Below, piece by piece: positions 20,185 through 30,216 of a stretch of 64,000 bases of DNA. This stretch comes from Flavobacteriales bacterium. GTDB lineage: Bacteria > Bacteroidota > Bacteroidia > Flavobacteriales_D > CAJJDF01. A program made the translations under genes and the position numbers. The stretch is taken from the NCBI GenBank assembly GCA_965655625.1, contig CBFHHA010000008.1:3742-67741 (forward strand). The letters run 5' to 3'. Position 1 is the stretch's first letter; each line of letters starts with the position of its first letter. A model generated the notes under the pieces. That model worked only from the letters and a program-made list of their open reading frames with translations, did not search any database and had not been told where the DNA came from.

Positions 20185-20371
20185 AGTTTATTTGGTTTTG
20201 TTTTGGTTCTTTACAATTTTATAAAATTATCTTATATAAATTGGCTCATTTTTGATACATAAAATAACAGTATACCATATTTGTACTTCATTTTTTTATA
20301 TCAATATAATTTAATTTTAAACCAATTTTATTAATATTATTGTTTAAATTTGATACATAATTGATACTTTA

Positions 20372-21637
20372 ATGATAGAAAAACTCAAAAGCGAAATTGA
20401 AAAGAAAGTAGGCAAAAAAGTTACTTCTCGTGGAGATTGTGAATTCGTCTCTTTGGCTATTCTAGAAATGATTGATGAAACTATTAGTTACAACACTATT
20501 AGGAGGCTTTTTGGACTATCACCCTATGTAAAACCAAACAAAAATACGCTGAATGTATTATCTAGATTTATTGGTTATAAAAATTACTATGATTTTACAG
20601 ACAATTATGAGTTCAAAGAAAGAACTAAATTACTAGAAACAACCTATGTGTATTTATTTGAGGAAAACGATGAAAAAACCTTGGAATTAGTTATTAGTGC
20701 AAAAAAACGTCACGAGGATTTTCCTGGTTTTATAACTATCTTAATTAGGGAGCTTATTTATGAGGAAAAGTATTCGTTAATTAATGAAATATTTAATTTG
20801 GAGGAAATGAAATTTTCAAACTTCAGTTATACAGATATAGTTTTTATTGGAAATTCAATTGGTTTATTGTTACGAAAAAAACAAGAGGTTAACGAATTAC
20901 TTCAAACAAATATTAATTTTTTGAATTGCGTTTATTTAACCTTTGTTGATTATTCCTCACTTAACTCATATTATGGAAATTGGACGCTAAATATAAATGA
21001 ATCAAAATCTACTAAGGAAATTGAAATCTTCTCAACTGCATTATTAAAGTTTAGAAGTTTTTTGAATAATACAGATATCAAAGAAATGGATGAAAAATTG
21101 ATTTTTTCCAGAGAATTGAATCCTATATTATACAGTAGACTTGTTTCTATATTATTTATTTCGAATAAAGACATAGATATTCCAAAGGTTTTGACTAAAT
21201 ATTATTCCTTTCATGTAAAAAATAAATTCTCGATAGATTATTTTTTTGAGTTATTTACAACATCTATCCTATTAAAAAATAAAGATATAATGAATTATAT
21301 TATGGAAAAAATGGAATTAAACATTAAGTTCTATTATCAAAAATACCATCTTAATTCTTATTATTTAATGAGCGCCTTTTATTACAAGTTATCAAAAAAT
21401 AAAAAAGATGCTAAAAACGTGTTTAAAAAATTTCATTTAAATGTAGTTCGTCCTAGTTATTTGGATTACATCAAGCTATTATACTTAATATACCTATTTG
21501 ATGACACAAATGAAATGAAGAAAAAATATGAAATCAAAAATGAATATTTAAAAATTAGTCGCAAATTAAACTATTCTTTCTTCTCTGAAGATTACCTAAT
21601 AAATTATTTTACTTCAAACAATCTCGAGAATAACTAA
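20372..21637 (+). CDS. Putative regulator, all-helical; paralogue of 28780..30081
   Basis: The N-terminal segment ISYNTIRRLFGLSPYVKPNKNTLNVLSRFIGYKNYYDF is about 55 percent identical to VSLSTIRRFWGLIPQRKPNQHTLNELSKFIQYQSFYHY in the paralogue and looks like an HTH recognition helix. The remainder is a helical repeat and both share a C-terminal YL.NYF. It is divergent from the 4-gene operon. Confidence 0.5.
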   Translation: MIEKLKSEIEKKVGKKVTSRGDCEFVSLAILEMIDETISYNTIRRLFGLSPYVKPNKNTLNVLSRFIGYKNYYDFTDNYEFKERTKLLETTYVYLFEENDEKTLELVISAKKRHEDFPGFITILIRELIYEEKYSLINEIFNLEEMKFSNFSYTDIVFIGNSIGLLLRKKQEVNELLQTNINFLNCVYLTFVDYSSLNSYYGNWTLNINESKSTKEIEIFSTALLKFRSFLNNTDIKEMDEKLIFSRELNPILYSRLVSILFISNKDIDIPKVLTKYYSFHVKNKFSIDYFFELFTTSILLKNKDIMNYIMEKMELNIKFYYQKYHLNSYYLMSAFYYKLSKNKKDAKNVFKKFHLNVVRPSYLDYIKLLYLIYLFDDTNEMKKKYEIKNEYLKISRKLNYSFFSEDYLINYFTSNNLENN

Positions 21638-21640
21638 AAA

Positions 21641-21670
21641 AAGCCGTTCGTGATTTCACGAATGGCTTTA
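21641..21670 (+). terminator. Rho-independent terminator
   Basis: AAGCCGTTCGTG-ATTT-CACGAATGGCTT followed by T; it starts 4 nt after the stop codon. Confidence 0.75.
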
Positions 21671-21683
21671 TATTAACTTCATT

Positions 21684-21762
21684 TAATAATCAAAAATTAG
21701 GGTGTAACTATTATTAATACGGAGTTTACTCATTTTTGGTGTCACATGGGTAGCACAAAAAC
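21684..21762 (+). repeat. Intergenic E-element copy E3
   Basis: TAATAATCAAAAATTAGGGTGTAACTATT ... TTTTTGGTGTCACATGGGTAGCACAAAAAC. Confidence 0.7.
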
Positions 21763-22092
21763 TACAAAAGAATTAAAACATAATCTTGATTGGTTTGTTC
21801 CAATTCTCTTTTTTTATTTTGAAACTTTTAGTTAGTATACATTGTTTAAAAAGATTCTTTTAAGAATTGTTCTAATTGATTCAAGTCACTCAGAAATTTA
21901 GAACCCTCAACATAATTACTCTTGGATATCGGTGAAGCTCAATCATAATTTCGATTTAAGATAAAGTTAATTCTAAACATTTATTAGTTACTTCATGTTA
22001 ATGAGACTGGACCATATTATGAAATAAAAAAACTTAAACTTTGGTAAAAGAAAAGGAAAGACGTATTTTTAATCAGACAAAAAATACCTAAC

Positions 22093-23448
22093 ATGAAAAT
22101 AACTTTATCGATCATACTAACCCTAGTAATTACATTTTTAGCTAATTCTCAAACGTATCCTTCATTAGAGATAAGTGCAGACATTGTCACTACATCAACT
22201 GGTGTTACAGTGGACGTACCGATAAAAGCAGGGACAAATTGGCAAAACATAACAAGTTTAAGAGGAACAATAACGTTTGACACGAACGTTATAACTTGGA
22301 ACCAAATGTCATTCTGGGGATTATCAAATCCTGGTGGCGCTGTTTTTACCTATCAGGGAAATGGTCGTATAACTTTTACTTGGATGTCAGTATTTTCAAT
22401 AGGTCCAACTTTAAGCGCGGGAAGTACGGTGTTTACACTCAGGTTTAATGCAGTCGGAAGTGGTGGACAAATTTCTCCAATAACTTTTTCGAATACACCT
22501 CAAATTCTTTTTTGGAATAATGGATTCGGTTGGTCTGGAAATAATTTTAACTCAACAAATGGATCTGTAACCATAATTGGCTGTAACAATCCAGTGGCTA
22601 TTTGGTCAGATACGACTAATCAATTAAATGTCAACTTCAATGATCTAACCACAGCTGCTATTACTTCATGGGCATGGGATTTTGGTGACGGAAATACAAG
22701 TAATGTACAAAACCCGAGTCATACATACTCTTCATCTGGAACTTATAACGTTTGCCTAATCGTAACTGATACATGTGGAAGTGATACGTTGTGTAAAAAC
22801 GTAACAGTTACCAATTGCACCGTAGCATTAGGTACCAACACAAGAACGGAATGTGATTCACTGTTATGGATAGATGGGAATATTTATTATTCAAATAATA
22901 ATTCTGCCACTTTTAATATAGTTGGAGGCGCTGCGAATTCTTGTGATAGTATTGTTACTTTAAATCTAACAGTTATTAATAACGATAAAACGATAACTAA
23001 AACAAATACTACTCTAACATCCAATCAATTAGTTGGAACCTATCAATGGATAGATTGTAACGGAAACCAACCTATTCCTGGAGAGACCAATCAATCTTTT
23101 ACTGCAACTTCAAACGGCAGCTATGCTGTTATTTTAAGCAATAATGGGTGTACAGATACGTCAGCTTGTGAAAGTGTTTTTTCGGTAGGAATTAAAAATC
23201 AAGAGTTAGAAACTGATATCAATATTTATCCTAATCCTTTCGAAAATCAAATCAATATATCATTTAATGAAAAAATAATTTCATCCCATTCAGTGAAAAT
23301 TTATAATTCTATTGGGAAATTAGTCCTGAGTGAGAACCTTTCCAACCAATTAACCAAAATAGATCTATCAGATTTAGATGACGGCTTCTATTATATAACC
23401 ATAAATGATTTTAGAAATTCTAGAAAATTTAAGGTTATAAAGAAATGA
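22093..23448 (+). CDS. T9SS-secreted PKD-domain protein
   Basis: Signal peptide. PKD signature WAWDFGDGNTSNVQNPSHTYSSSGTYNVCLIVTDTCGSD. C-terminal sorting domain IYPNPFENQINISF...DDGFYYITIN. Confidence 0.8.
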   Translation: MKITLSIILTLVITFLANSQTYPSLEISADIVTTSTGVTVDVPIKAGTNWQNITSLRGTITFDTNVITWNQMSFWGLSNPGGAVFTYQGNGRITFTWMSVFSIGPTLSAGSTVFTLRFNAVGSGGQISPITFSNTPQILFWNNGFGWSGNNFNSTNGSVTIIGCNNPVAIWSDTTNQLNVNFNDLTTAAITSWAWDFGDGNTSNVQNPSHTYSSSGTYNVCLIVTDTCGSDTLCKNVTVTNCTVALGTNTRTECDSLLWIDGNIYYSNNNSATFNIVGGAANSCDSIVTLNLTVINNDKTITKTNTTLTSNQLVGTYQWIDCNGNQPIPGETNQSFTATSNGSYAVILSNNGCTDTSACESVFSVGIKNQELETDINIYPNPFENQINISFNEKIISSHSVKIYNSIGKLVLSENLSNQLTKIDLSDLDDGFYYITINDFRNSRKFKVIKK

Positions 23449-23603
23449 TATGAACTATTATTTTAAATAAATGAGATTTTTATGAATTGAATTATTTTGG
23501 AAAAATTAAATACTTTAAATAAGTACCCGAAACAACAGCATTAAGTATCGATTAACTATTAAAATTAATAGGTTCTAATAGAATCTACCAGCTTAAAACA
23601 AAA

Positions 23604-23634
23604 AAGCCATTCGTTAGTTCACGAATGGCTTTTC
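23604..23634 (+). terminator. Rho-independent terminator, near-duplicate of the one at 21641
   Basis: AAGCCATTCGT-TAGTTC-ACGAATGGCTT followed by TT. The stem sequence is almost identical to 21641-21668. Confidence 0.7.
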
Positions 23635-23640
23635 AATCTT

Positions 23641-23722
23641 TCACTTAACGATCAAAAATTTGGCCGTAACTATTTTTTTTACAGATTTTTAGGACTAATG
23701 GAGTCTTTTTGGTATAACAGAT
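23641..23722 (+). repeat. Intergenic E-element copy E4
   Basis: TCACTTAACGATCAAAAATTTGGCCGTAACTATT ... CTTTTTGGTATAACAGATTTTC. Confidence 0.65.
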
Positions 23723-23794
23723 TTTCCCTAATTTATTATTAACTATTTTATTTGTATTCTTGGCAAAGTAGAACAACATATTATTTTTTTAATT

Positions 23795-24679
23795 TCAGGT
23801 GTTAGGGAAAGTGTTATTTTTAAACTTATTATGAATTGTAATTATTAGTAATCCAAAAATAACTGCTACCAAAATCAAAATTGTACTAGTTAATCCTTGA
23901 ACACCAAATGATATACGTATTAAAATCGTTGAAACTACAAATCCTGAATTCCTCATTATTCTATGAAATTCATCGGTATAAAAAAATGAAATTAATAATA
24001 AGACAACATCCACTAAAATAAGGACTGTAAAGAATTCATCAAAAAACAGATTGTTAATTGTTTCAAAACTAGGTAAATTATCCGCTCTAAATGAAATGCT
24101 AGAAGACCAATTAAACAGTGTAATTGAGGCCATTGAAAAGAATATTGGAACTAAGACCAAAGCTATTCTTCTCTTCCTGCGTATGAATTTATCAAATTGA
24201 ATTTTATTTTCACTAGATACTTTAGTTTTATTTGACCCTTGTTTTACAAACAAATAAATCAAATAAAAAAGAATAATTGATGCAATCAAATCATAAGTGA
24301 ATTGTACATCTCCCTTTATGTTAAACCAATCTGATGACAATTCTAAACTAGACAAATCTTTAAATAATTTTCTAATTATGATCAGTGTAATTATTTCATA
24401 TTGCTTAGTAATGTATGTAGTGAATGATCTTGGTAAATAATAAATTAATAAGTAGACCTCGTAAATAAGAATAAATGAGAAAGGAGTGTAAATTGCAGAT
24501 ATTGGATTTTTGAACAATTCTGATGATGAAAAAAAAATTACAATATTCTGTTTTGATAAAAAAATCAAAAATAAATGAATAAAAAATCCAGTCAGTGCCA
24601 AGTACAATATGATTTTTTCAATTCGCTTTTTAGAGTGATGAGACAAAAAAAACACATCCAGTTTGTTTAGTAAATTCAT
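23795..24679 (-). CDS. Polytopic membrane protein of unknown function
   Basis: 294 aa with about 7 hydrophobic segments; very AT-rich codon usage. Confidence 0.55.
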   Translation of the reverse strand: MNLLNKLDVFFLSHHSKKRIEKIILYLALTGFFIHLFLIFLSKQNIVIFFSSSELFKNPISAIYTPFSFILIYEVYLLIYYLPRSFTTYITKQYEIITLIIIRKLFKDLSSLELSSDWFNIKGDVQFTYDLIASIILFYLIYLFVKQGSNKTKVSSENKIQFDKFIRRKRRIALVLVPIFFSMASITLFNWSSSISFRADNLPSFETINNLFFDEFFTVLILVDVVLLLISFFYTDEFHRIMRNSGFVVSTILIRISFGVQGLTSTILILVAVIFGLLIITIHNKFKNNTFPNT

Positions 24680-25040
24680 TTTTTATGTGTGTAATTATTT
24701 GTTTTTTAAAATTTAACTCATTTCCATACATCTTAAATATACAATTTTATTCATATATTTTAATATTACTATTAAAATGAGTGGGTTAAAGTAGCGATTA
24801 GGTGAAACATATAATCGTGTAGTTTAACTAAAAACAAACTGAATCAGGGTTTACCTTGTTTAATAGAAGTTATTTGAAAAATTATTTTCATTAGGATTAT
24901 AATTCAAAAATATCTCCTGGAGCCGGATAAAATCCTCCTCCATAAATGATTATAACTAAAGGCTAACATATATAAACCTTTAAGGAAACTCCGAAGAATT
25001 AAAAAAAACCTGAGAATCAATTTTTAGTTCTGATAGAATC

Positions 25041-25122
25041 TAACTGCTAAAAATAAAAATTAGGTTGTAACAAATGTTTATACTGTGACTCACTATTTTT
25101 CGTTTTTTTTGGTATCATAGAT
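25041..25122 (+). repeat. Intergenic E-element copy E5
   Basis: TAACTGCTAAAAATAAAAATTAGGTTGTAACAAAT ... TTTTTTTTGGTATCATAGATTGG. Confidence 0.6.
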
Positions 25123-25204
25123 TGGTAATAGACGTTTTGTAAAATCATTTATTCTAATTCAAAATTAATGATTCTCAAATTTAAAAACTTTTTTAATTCA
25201 AATT

Positions 25205-27469
25205 TTAACGCGATAAAAGAAAACCCGATAGGTTGAAATTTCCCCCAGAGCCTCTTGCATCGGGTATAGATTTAGATTGAATTATTATTTTTTGTACACT
25301 TTGTTCAAACATCAGTTTTTGATTATATCCGCCACCATACCCAAAGTTATTTGTTGTTGTATGGATGTTAGTGTTAAGATACGAAACATACCTCGGTAGA
25401 TTAAAATGTTGACTTGTTGATCCCACTACAGTATTAGCAATTGACTCAACTGCAATCATAACAGTATCACCCACTGAATCCAATGCTATAATTTGAATAA
25501 ATGATTTTTGACCAGTATTGGATGTGGCATGAGAATTGTAAAAATATAAATACAATCCAATCAAAGGTTTAGATATTGACAAAGTGTCTATTCTGTCACA
25601 TAGATTACAGTAAATTTGAGTAAATCCATTATAAAAAATATATTCATTAACACCCGCGGTTCCCTGGATTCCCTGAGGACCTTGTAGACCTGTCAGTCCT
25701 ATTGGCCCCTGTAATCCCTGAGGACCCATTGCTCCTGTATCTCCTTTGGGGCCCTGGATTCCCTGCGGACCTTGGGGACCTGTCAATCCAATTGGTCCCT
25801 GAACTCCTTGAATTCCTTGTAACCCTTGAGGACCTGTTGCTCCTGTATCTCCTTTGGGGCCCTGAATTCCCTGTGGGCCTTGTGGGCCTGTTGCTCCAGT
25901 CAGTCCAACTGAACCTTGAACACCTTGAATTCCTTGTATTCCCTGAGGACCAATTGCACCAGTATCACCTTTAGGGCCTTGGATTCCTTGTGGGCCTTGT
26001 GGACCTGTTGCTCCGGTCAATCCAATTGGCCCTTGAATTCCTTGAATACCTTGTAACCCCTGAGGACCAATTGCTCCTGTATCTCCTTTGGGTCCTTGAA
26101 TTCCTTGTGGACCTTGTGGTCCTGTTGCTCCAGTCAATCCAATTGGTCCCTGCGGTCCCTGAGGACCTGTCAATCCAATGGAACCCTGAATTCCCTGAAT
26201 TCCTTGAGGACCAATTGCTCCTGTATCTCCTTTGGGACCCTGAATTCCCTGCAAACCTTGTGGACCTGTTGCTCCAGTTAATCCTATTGGCCCTTGAACT
26301 CCCTGAATCCCTTGAGGACCCATCGCTCCGGTATCTCCTTTGGGACCCTGAGGACCGGTTGCTCCTGTTAATCCTATTGGCCCTTGTAGCCCTTGTGGAC
26401 CAATTGCTCCGGTATCTCCTTTTGGCCCTTGAGCTCCTTGTAGCCCTTGCGGTCCCTGAGGACCTGTTAATCCAATGGAACCCTGAATACCCTGAATTCC
26501 TTGTGGACCTTGTGGACCAATTGCTCCGGTATCTCCTTTCGGACCTTGAATTCCTTGTGGTCCCATTGCTCCTGTTAATCCTATTGGACCTTGAATCCCT
26601 TGTGGACCCTGAGGACCGGTTGCTCCAGTCAATCCTATTGGTCCTTGAACTCCCTGAATCCCTTGAGGACCCATCGCTCCGGTATCTCCTTTGTGACCCT
26701 GAATTCCTTGTGGACCTTGTGGACCTATTGCACCAGTTAAACCTTGGATTCCTTGCGGACCCTGTGGACCCATTACTCCAGTATCTCCTTTGGGGCCTTG
26801 AATTCCCTGTGAACCTGTCAATCCAATCGGTCCTTGAATTCCTTGCGGACCTATTGCTCCGGTATCTCCTTTGGATCCTTGTGGACCAGTTAGTCCTATT
26901 GGTCCTTGAGGTCCGGTTAATCCTGTGAGTACAGGTGTTGTGTAGCTTGAACTATCTAAATAGGTGAATGTAATGGTTCCATCTCCGTTATCCATTACAC
27001 TCTTGATTCCATTTCCTGCTTTGTTGGCATATTTACTATACAAAGCATAAGGCACACTCCATAGCTGTTGTGTTCCCATGTCTCTGTATCCTTTTCCTTT
27101 TTTTAAGTCTATTTCTACTTTCAGGTAAAAGTCCACTTTTCCCCAATCAATTTGGCTAAACAATCCTGAACTTGGTTCTTTTGTTCCTTGTCCAATAATT
27201 GTATTAAATAATCCGAACTCATCTGTCATTAAATTATGTGTTTCACTATAGGCAATATTTCCTGTGGGTGTGGTTTCGATAATTGAAAACCTTACCTCTA
27301 TTTCTTCCTCTGATATAGGCTGATTCGATACATCTACTCCTGGTGTTTCATTTCCTTCAGTATCGATTGCCACCGCCTGATAATTAATTCCTTCTGGCGG
27401 TGGAGTTGTTTGTGCTTTTATTGTTAGCGTGGTAGCTATGAGCGAGATTAGGATAAGTACTTTTTTCAT
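25205..27469 (-). CDS. Collagen-like triple-helix-repeat surface protein
   Basis: The likely start is [10 protein letters not shown] (ATG at 27469); the track's 27508 start adds 13 aa before the signal peptide. A globular N-domain of about 180 aa is followed by 425 aa of uninterrupted Gly-X-Y, then a 147-aa non-collagen C-domain. Confidence 0.85.
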   Translation of the reverse strand: MKKVLILISLIATTLTIKAQTTPPPEGINYQAVAIDTEGNETPGVDVSNQPISEEEIEVRFSIIETTPTGNIAYSETHNLMTDEFGLFNTIIGQGTKEPSSGLFSQIDWGKVDFYLKVEIDLKKGKGYRDMGTQQLWSVPYALYSKYANKAGNGIKSVMDNGDGTITFTYLDSSSYTTPVLTGLTGPQGPIGLTGPQGSKGDTGAIGPQGIQGPIGLTGSQGIQGPKGDTGVMGPQGPQGIQGLTGAIGPQGPQGIQGHKGDTGAMGPQGIQGVQGPIGLTGATGPQGPQGIQGPIGLTGAMGPQGIQGPKGDTGAIGPQGPQGIQGIQGSIGLTGPQGPQGLQGAQGPKGDTGAIGPQGLQGPIGLTGATGPQGPKGDTGAMGPQGIQGVQGPIGLTGATGPQGLQGIQGPKGDTGAIGPQGIQGIQGSIGLTGPQGPQGPIGLTGATGPQGPQGIQGPKGDTGAIGPQGLQGIQGIQGPIGLTGATGPQGPQGIQGPKGDTGAIGPQGIQGIQGVQGSVGLTGATGPQGPQGIQGPKGDTGATGPQGLQGIQGVQGPIGLTGPQGPQGIQGPKGDTGAMGPQGLQGPIGLTGLQGPQGIQGTAGVNEYIFYNGFTQIYCNLCDRIDTLSISKPLIGLYLYFYNSHATSNTGQKSFIQIIALDSVGDTVMIAVESIANTVVGSTSQHFNLPRYVSYLNTNIHTTTNNFGYGGGYNQKLMFEQSVQKIIIQSKSIPDARGSGGNFNLSGFLLSR
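25649..26923 (-). repeat. Gly-X-Y coding repeat (about 141 triplets) with a higher-order period
   Basis: [17 protein letters not shown] and (P)KGDTGA(I/M)G recur. The KGDTG block occurs 11 times, about every 30-40 residues. The DNA is highly self-similar. Confidence 0.9.
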
Positions 27470-27497
27470 AATGTTCTTTTTTTCTTTGTGGATTGGA

Positions 27498-28121
27498 TTA
27501 TAGCTCAATAGTCAATCCTACTTTGATGGCTTGATTTCTGTTTCTTGTTTGTTGGTCGGTTTTGTCATTTTCTATCTGGCTTAGTCCATATCCAAATTGA
27601 TATTCTCCAAACACACTCATCGTTTTCGTAATAGAAAACCGAATGTTAGTCATTGCTCTTGCTCCAAAGTCTATGGGATTAAATGCTTCTTCTTCGTTTA
27701 AAGAATATGTCTTAGTTCCTATGGTTTGTTCTCCTCCTATTAAATAACCTCCATAAAATCCTGCCCCAAGTGATACGCCTAGTGACTTCTTTTGAATAGC
27801 TTCGTACAAGTATGTTGCTTCCAAATCAAGGTAATTCAGTGACCATGTCATGGGAGTAGTTCCTATCGTTGATTTTGCTCCTGCTTGTCTGAGGCTTAAT
27901 GAAGGTCTTAGGATGTGTTTTGAATTTTCAATATTTAGTTGAATTCCAAACGTAGATTGGCTAATAATCTCATAGTTAGAGCTTTCATCTACTCCCTGGC
28001 TATTTACAAAACTAAAAGTTGAATAAGTAGGTCCTCCAAAAATTCCGACACTTAGTGTCTTTTGAGAAAAAGTAATAGAAGCTATTGACACCGCTAAAAG
28101 TGTGATTAATGTGTTTTTCAT
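27498..28121 (-). CDS. Small outer-membrane beta-barrel protein (OmpA-beta/porin-like)
   Basis: Signal peptide, alternating hydrophobic beta-strand pattern, G/Y-rich strands and terminal aromatic-type strand ([10 protein letters not shown]); 207 aa. Confidence 0.65.
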   Translation of the reverse strand: MKNTLITLLAVSIASITFSQKTLSVGIFGGPTYSTFSFVNSQGVDESSNYEIISQSTFGIQLNIENSKHILRPSLSLRQAGAKSTIGTTPMTWSLNYLDLEATYLYEAIQKKSLGVSLGAGFYGGYLIGGEQTIGTKTYSLNEEEAFNPIDFGARAMTNIRFSITKTMSVFGEYQFGYGLSQIENDKTDQQTRNRNQAIKVGLTIEL

Positions 28122-28125
28122 AGTT

Positions 28126-28611
28126 TTAATATTTTATTAGTCTTGAATTTCCAAGTTTACCTGATGGTGTGGATAATCTTATGAGGTAGGTTCCACTGGC
28201 TAACGAAGTAGGCAACGTAACTTGAATTGAATTGAATTTTCGGTATTGGTTGGTGTACAATAGTTTACCCGCTAGGCTATAAATGGTCAAATCCAAATAC
28301 TCCTCTTCTGTGAGGTTTGTTTGAATTGTAAACTCCCTTCTTGTTGGGTTAGGAAACAACTCAAACTCAATCTTATTTGTTAAGGTCTTTTTCTTACCAA
28401 AAGAAAAGACGTTCTTTTCAAAGCCTTGTTGCAAAGAAAGGTTGTCCTTTTTCTTTGCATCTACTCTTCCCTCTTGTCCTGCTGTATGGGATAAATAAAT
28501 CCCCTTAGTGTTCGTACTTCCTCCAAAACTGGATAAAGTGGAACTCATTAGTCGCTGGCTTGAGGCTGATAGGGTTACTAAGAGTAATAATACTGTTAAA
28601 TGTATTTTCAT
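28126..28611 (-). CDS. Minimal T9SS cargo: signal peptide, a segment of about 60 aa, then the C-terminal sorting domain
   Basis: 161 aa. LFPNPTRREFTIQT...SGTYLIRLSTPSGK is a T9SS sorting domain. Confidence 0.7.
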   Translation of the reverse strand: MKIHLTVLLLLVTLSASSQRLMSSTLSSFGGSTNTKGIYLSHTAGQEGRVDAKKKDNLSLQQGFEKNVFSFGKKKTLTNKIEFELFPNPTRREFTIQTNLTEEEYLDLTIYSLAGKLLYTNQYRKFNSIQVTLPTSLASGTYLIRLSTPSGKLGNSRLIKY

Positions 28612-28779
28612 AATTTGATTCTCATTTCTTATTTCGGTTTTTAGTATCTCTTCGACTTTGTCAATTAAATCTTACTGCATCGTATTTTATTACTTAAAGT
28701 TAATTTGAAACAAAAAGAAAACATGTTCATACTAAGTTCATTTTTTTTATAGCTTTGTTTTGTATTAATATACAAGAGT

Positions 28780-30081
28780 ATGAATGAGACGATAGGGCTA
28801 CTTAAAGTAGATGTGGAACGGGCCATTGGGTTTAAAATTAAAACCACAACCGAAGCAAAAGCTTTTCATCAGTTATTAGTTGAAAAAACTAATAGCACAG
28901 TTAGCTTAAGTACAATCAGAAGGTTCTGGGGACTTATTCCTCAAAGAAAACCGAATCAGCATACATTGAATGAATTATCCAAGTTTATTCAGTATCAGTC
29001 GTTTTATCACTATTCAAAAAACAAAAGTCAGTTTGCAACATGGTTTGATGTAATGGAGATTCACAAACTGAAATTCAAAAAAAAATTAAAAACAGAAGAT
29101 TTTGATTTAATTGAAAGGCATTACAATATTCACGGATCTACACTTTTTGTCATGAATTTGATAGAAGTGGCAATTTTTAATAAAAATTGGCCTTATGTTT
29201 TTGACCTTTTTAATCCCCGTAAATTAAATATCATAGAAAACAAGGGCGTTATAAGTAACTTTACCGCAAAGCTTGCCAATCTAACCCTGTTGTTTTTAAA
29301 ACATTTACCTGAGCATGAATTTAATACTGCTGTAAACCAATTAATTCTCAACAAGAATTTCAAGAACTATTGTGTGTATGTATTTGTAGATGTCATCAAT
29401 TTAAACAACTTTTACGGGGACATTCTACACAACATTAAGAATACTAATGTTGATGTTCAAGAGAACACCTTTCTTGACTTAATTCTAGGCTTGCGTTCTT
29501 TTTTATGTGAAAAACCCATACAGAGAGTTTCAGTGAGCGAAACCGATATTAAACTATTTCCCGAGGTACTTATTGGAAGATATTATGGGTATCTAATTAT
29601 TTACAATTCTATTCATTCTAATGAAGAAGCTGAAGAATTGGCCTGGAAACAGTACTTAAACAAAATAAACAGTTCGAATAAAAAGAGAGATCTTCTTCAT
29701 GAGTTTGTACTTCATTTATTATTGATAAGGCAATTTGATAAACTGGAATACATACTCGAAAACTTTCATGATGACATATTTGATTATGTTCACATACACA
29801 GTTATCTCGATGGATTTATTTTTAATTTGATAGATGTAATAATTAGCCTTAAAACTAAAGATAAATCAAGGGCCAAAAACATATTCTCTCACTTGGATAT
29901 TCATAAAATAACCGATAGTTCTTACTGTGATTACTATTTGATTTTTTATTACTTAGTAGGTTTTAATTTTAACCAAAATACAGCGCATCAAAAACACTGT
30001 AAGGATCAGTATGAGAAAATAGCTGACCAATCAGGGTTTATTTTGTTTAACGAAGGTTATTTGAAGAATTACTTTAAGTAA
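28780..30081 (+). CDS. Putative regulator, paralogue of 20372..21637
   Basis: See 20372..21637. It is divergent (168-nt spacer) from the operon that ends in the collagen-like gene. Confidence 0.5.
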   Translation: MNETIGLLKVDVERAIGFKIKTTTEAKAFHQLLVEKTNSTVSLSTIRRFWGLIPQRKPNQHTLNELSKFIQYQSFYHYSKNKSQFATWFDVMEIHKLKFKKKLKTEDFDLIERHYNIHGSTLFVMNLIEVAIFNKNWPYVFDLFNPRKLNIIENKGVISNFTAKLANLTLLFLKHLPEHEFNTAVNQLILNKNFKNYCVYVFVDVINLNNFYGDILHNIKNTNVDVQENTFLDLILGLRSFLCEKPIQRVSVSETDIKLFPEVLIGRYYGYLIIYNSIHSNEEAEELAWKQYLNKINSSNKKRDLLHEFVLHLLLIRQFDKLEYILENFHDDIFDYVHIHSYLDGFIFNLIDVIISLKTKDKSRAKNIFSHLDIHKITDSSYCDYYLIFYYLVGFNFNQNTAHQKHCKDQYEKIADQSGFILFNEGYLKNYFK

Positions 30082-30155
30082 TTTAAACAAGGATTGCACA
30101 AACCAAAAGACTTTGTGTCTGTTGCCACAAGGTTAATTAAAAACAGAAATTAAGT

Positions 30156-30216
30156 GGTTCTGTCGCATTAACTTCATTAAAAATAATCAATTTAATTTTT
30201 AATACATTGTTAAGCA
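30156..30216 (+). repeat. 61-bp inverted-repeat arm L, beginning with the IS6-like terminus
   Basis: GGTTCTGTCGCATTAACTTCATTAAAAATAATCAATTTAATTTTTAATACATTGTTAAGCA matches the reverse complement of 48604-48664 at 59 of 61 positions. Confidence 0.9.

Noticed and set aside
25702-26928. Plus-strand ORFs of 90, 312 and 61 aa (Leu/Glu/Pro/Asp-rich) opposite the collagen-like gene
   Set aside because: They are the antisense reading of the Gly-X-Y repeat (GGN-NNN-NNN read backwards stays open). They are low-complexity with no independent signals, while the minus-strand protein has a signal peptide and flanking globular domains.
27470-27508. Track start codons giving N-terminal extensions (27508 for the collagen-like gene, and likewise 51140, 62259 and 58650 for other genes)
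   Set aside because: Internal ATGs immediately precede canonical signal peptides or conserved N-termini ([44 protein letters not shown]). The extensions are not expected for these families.
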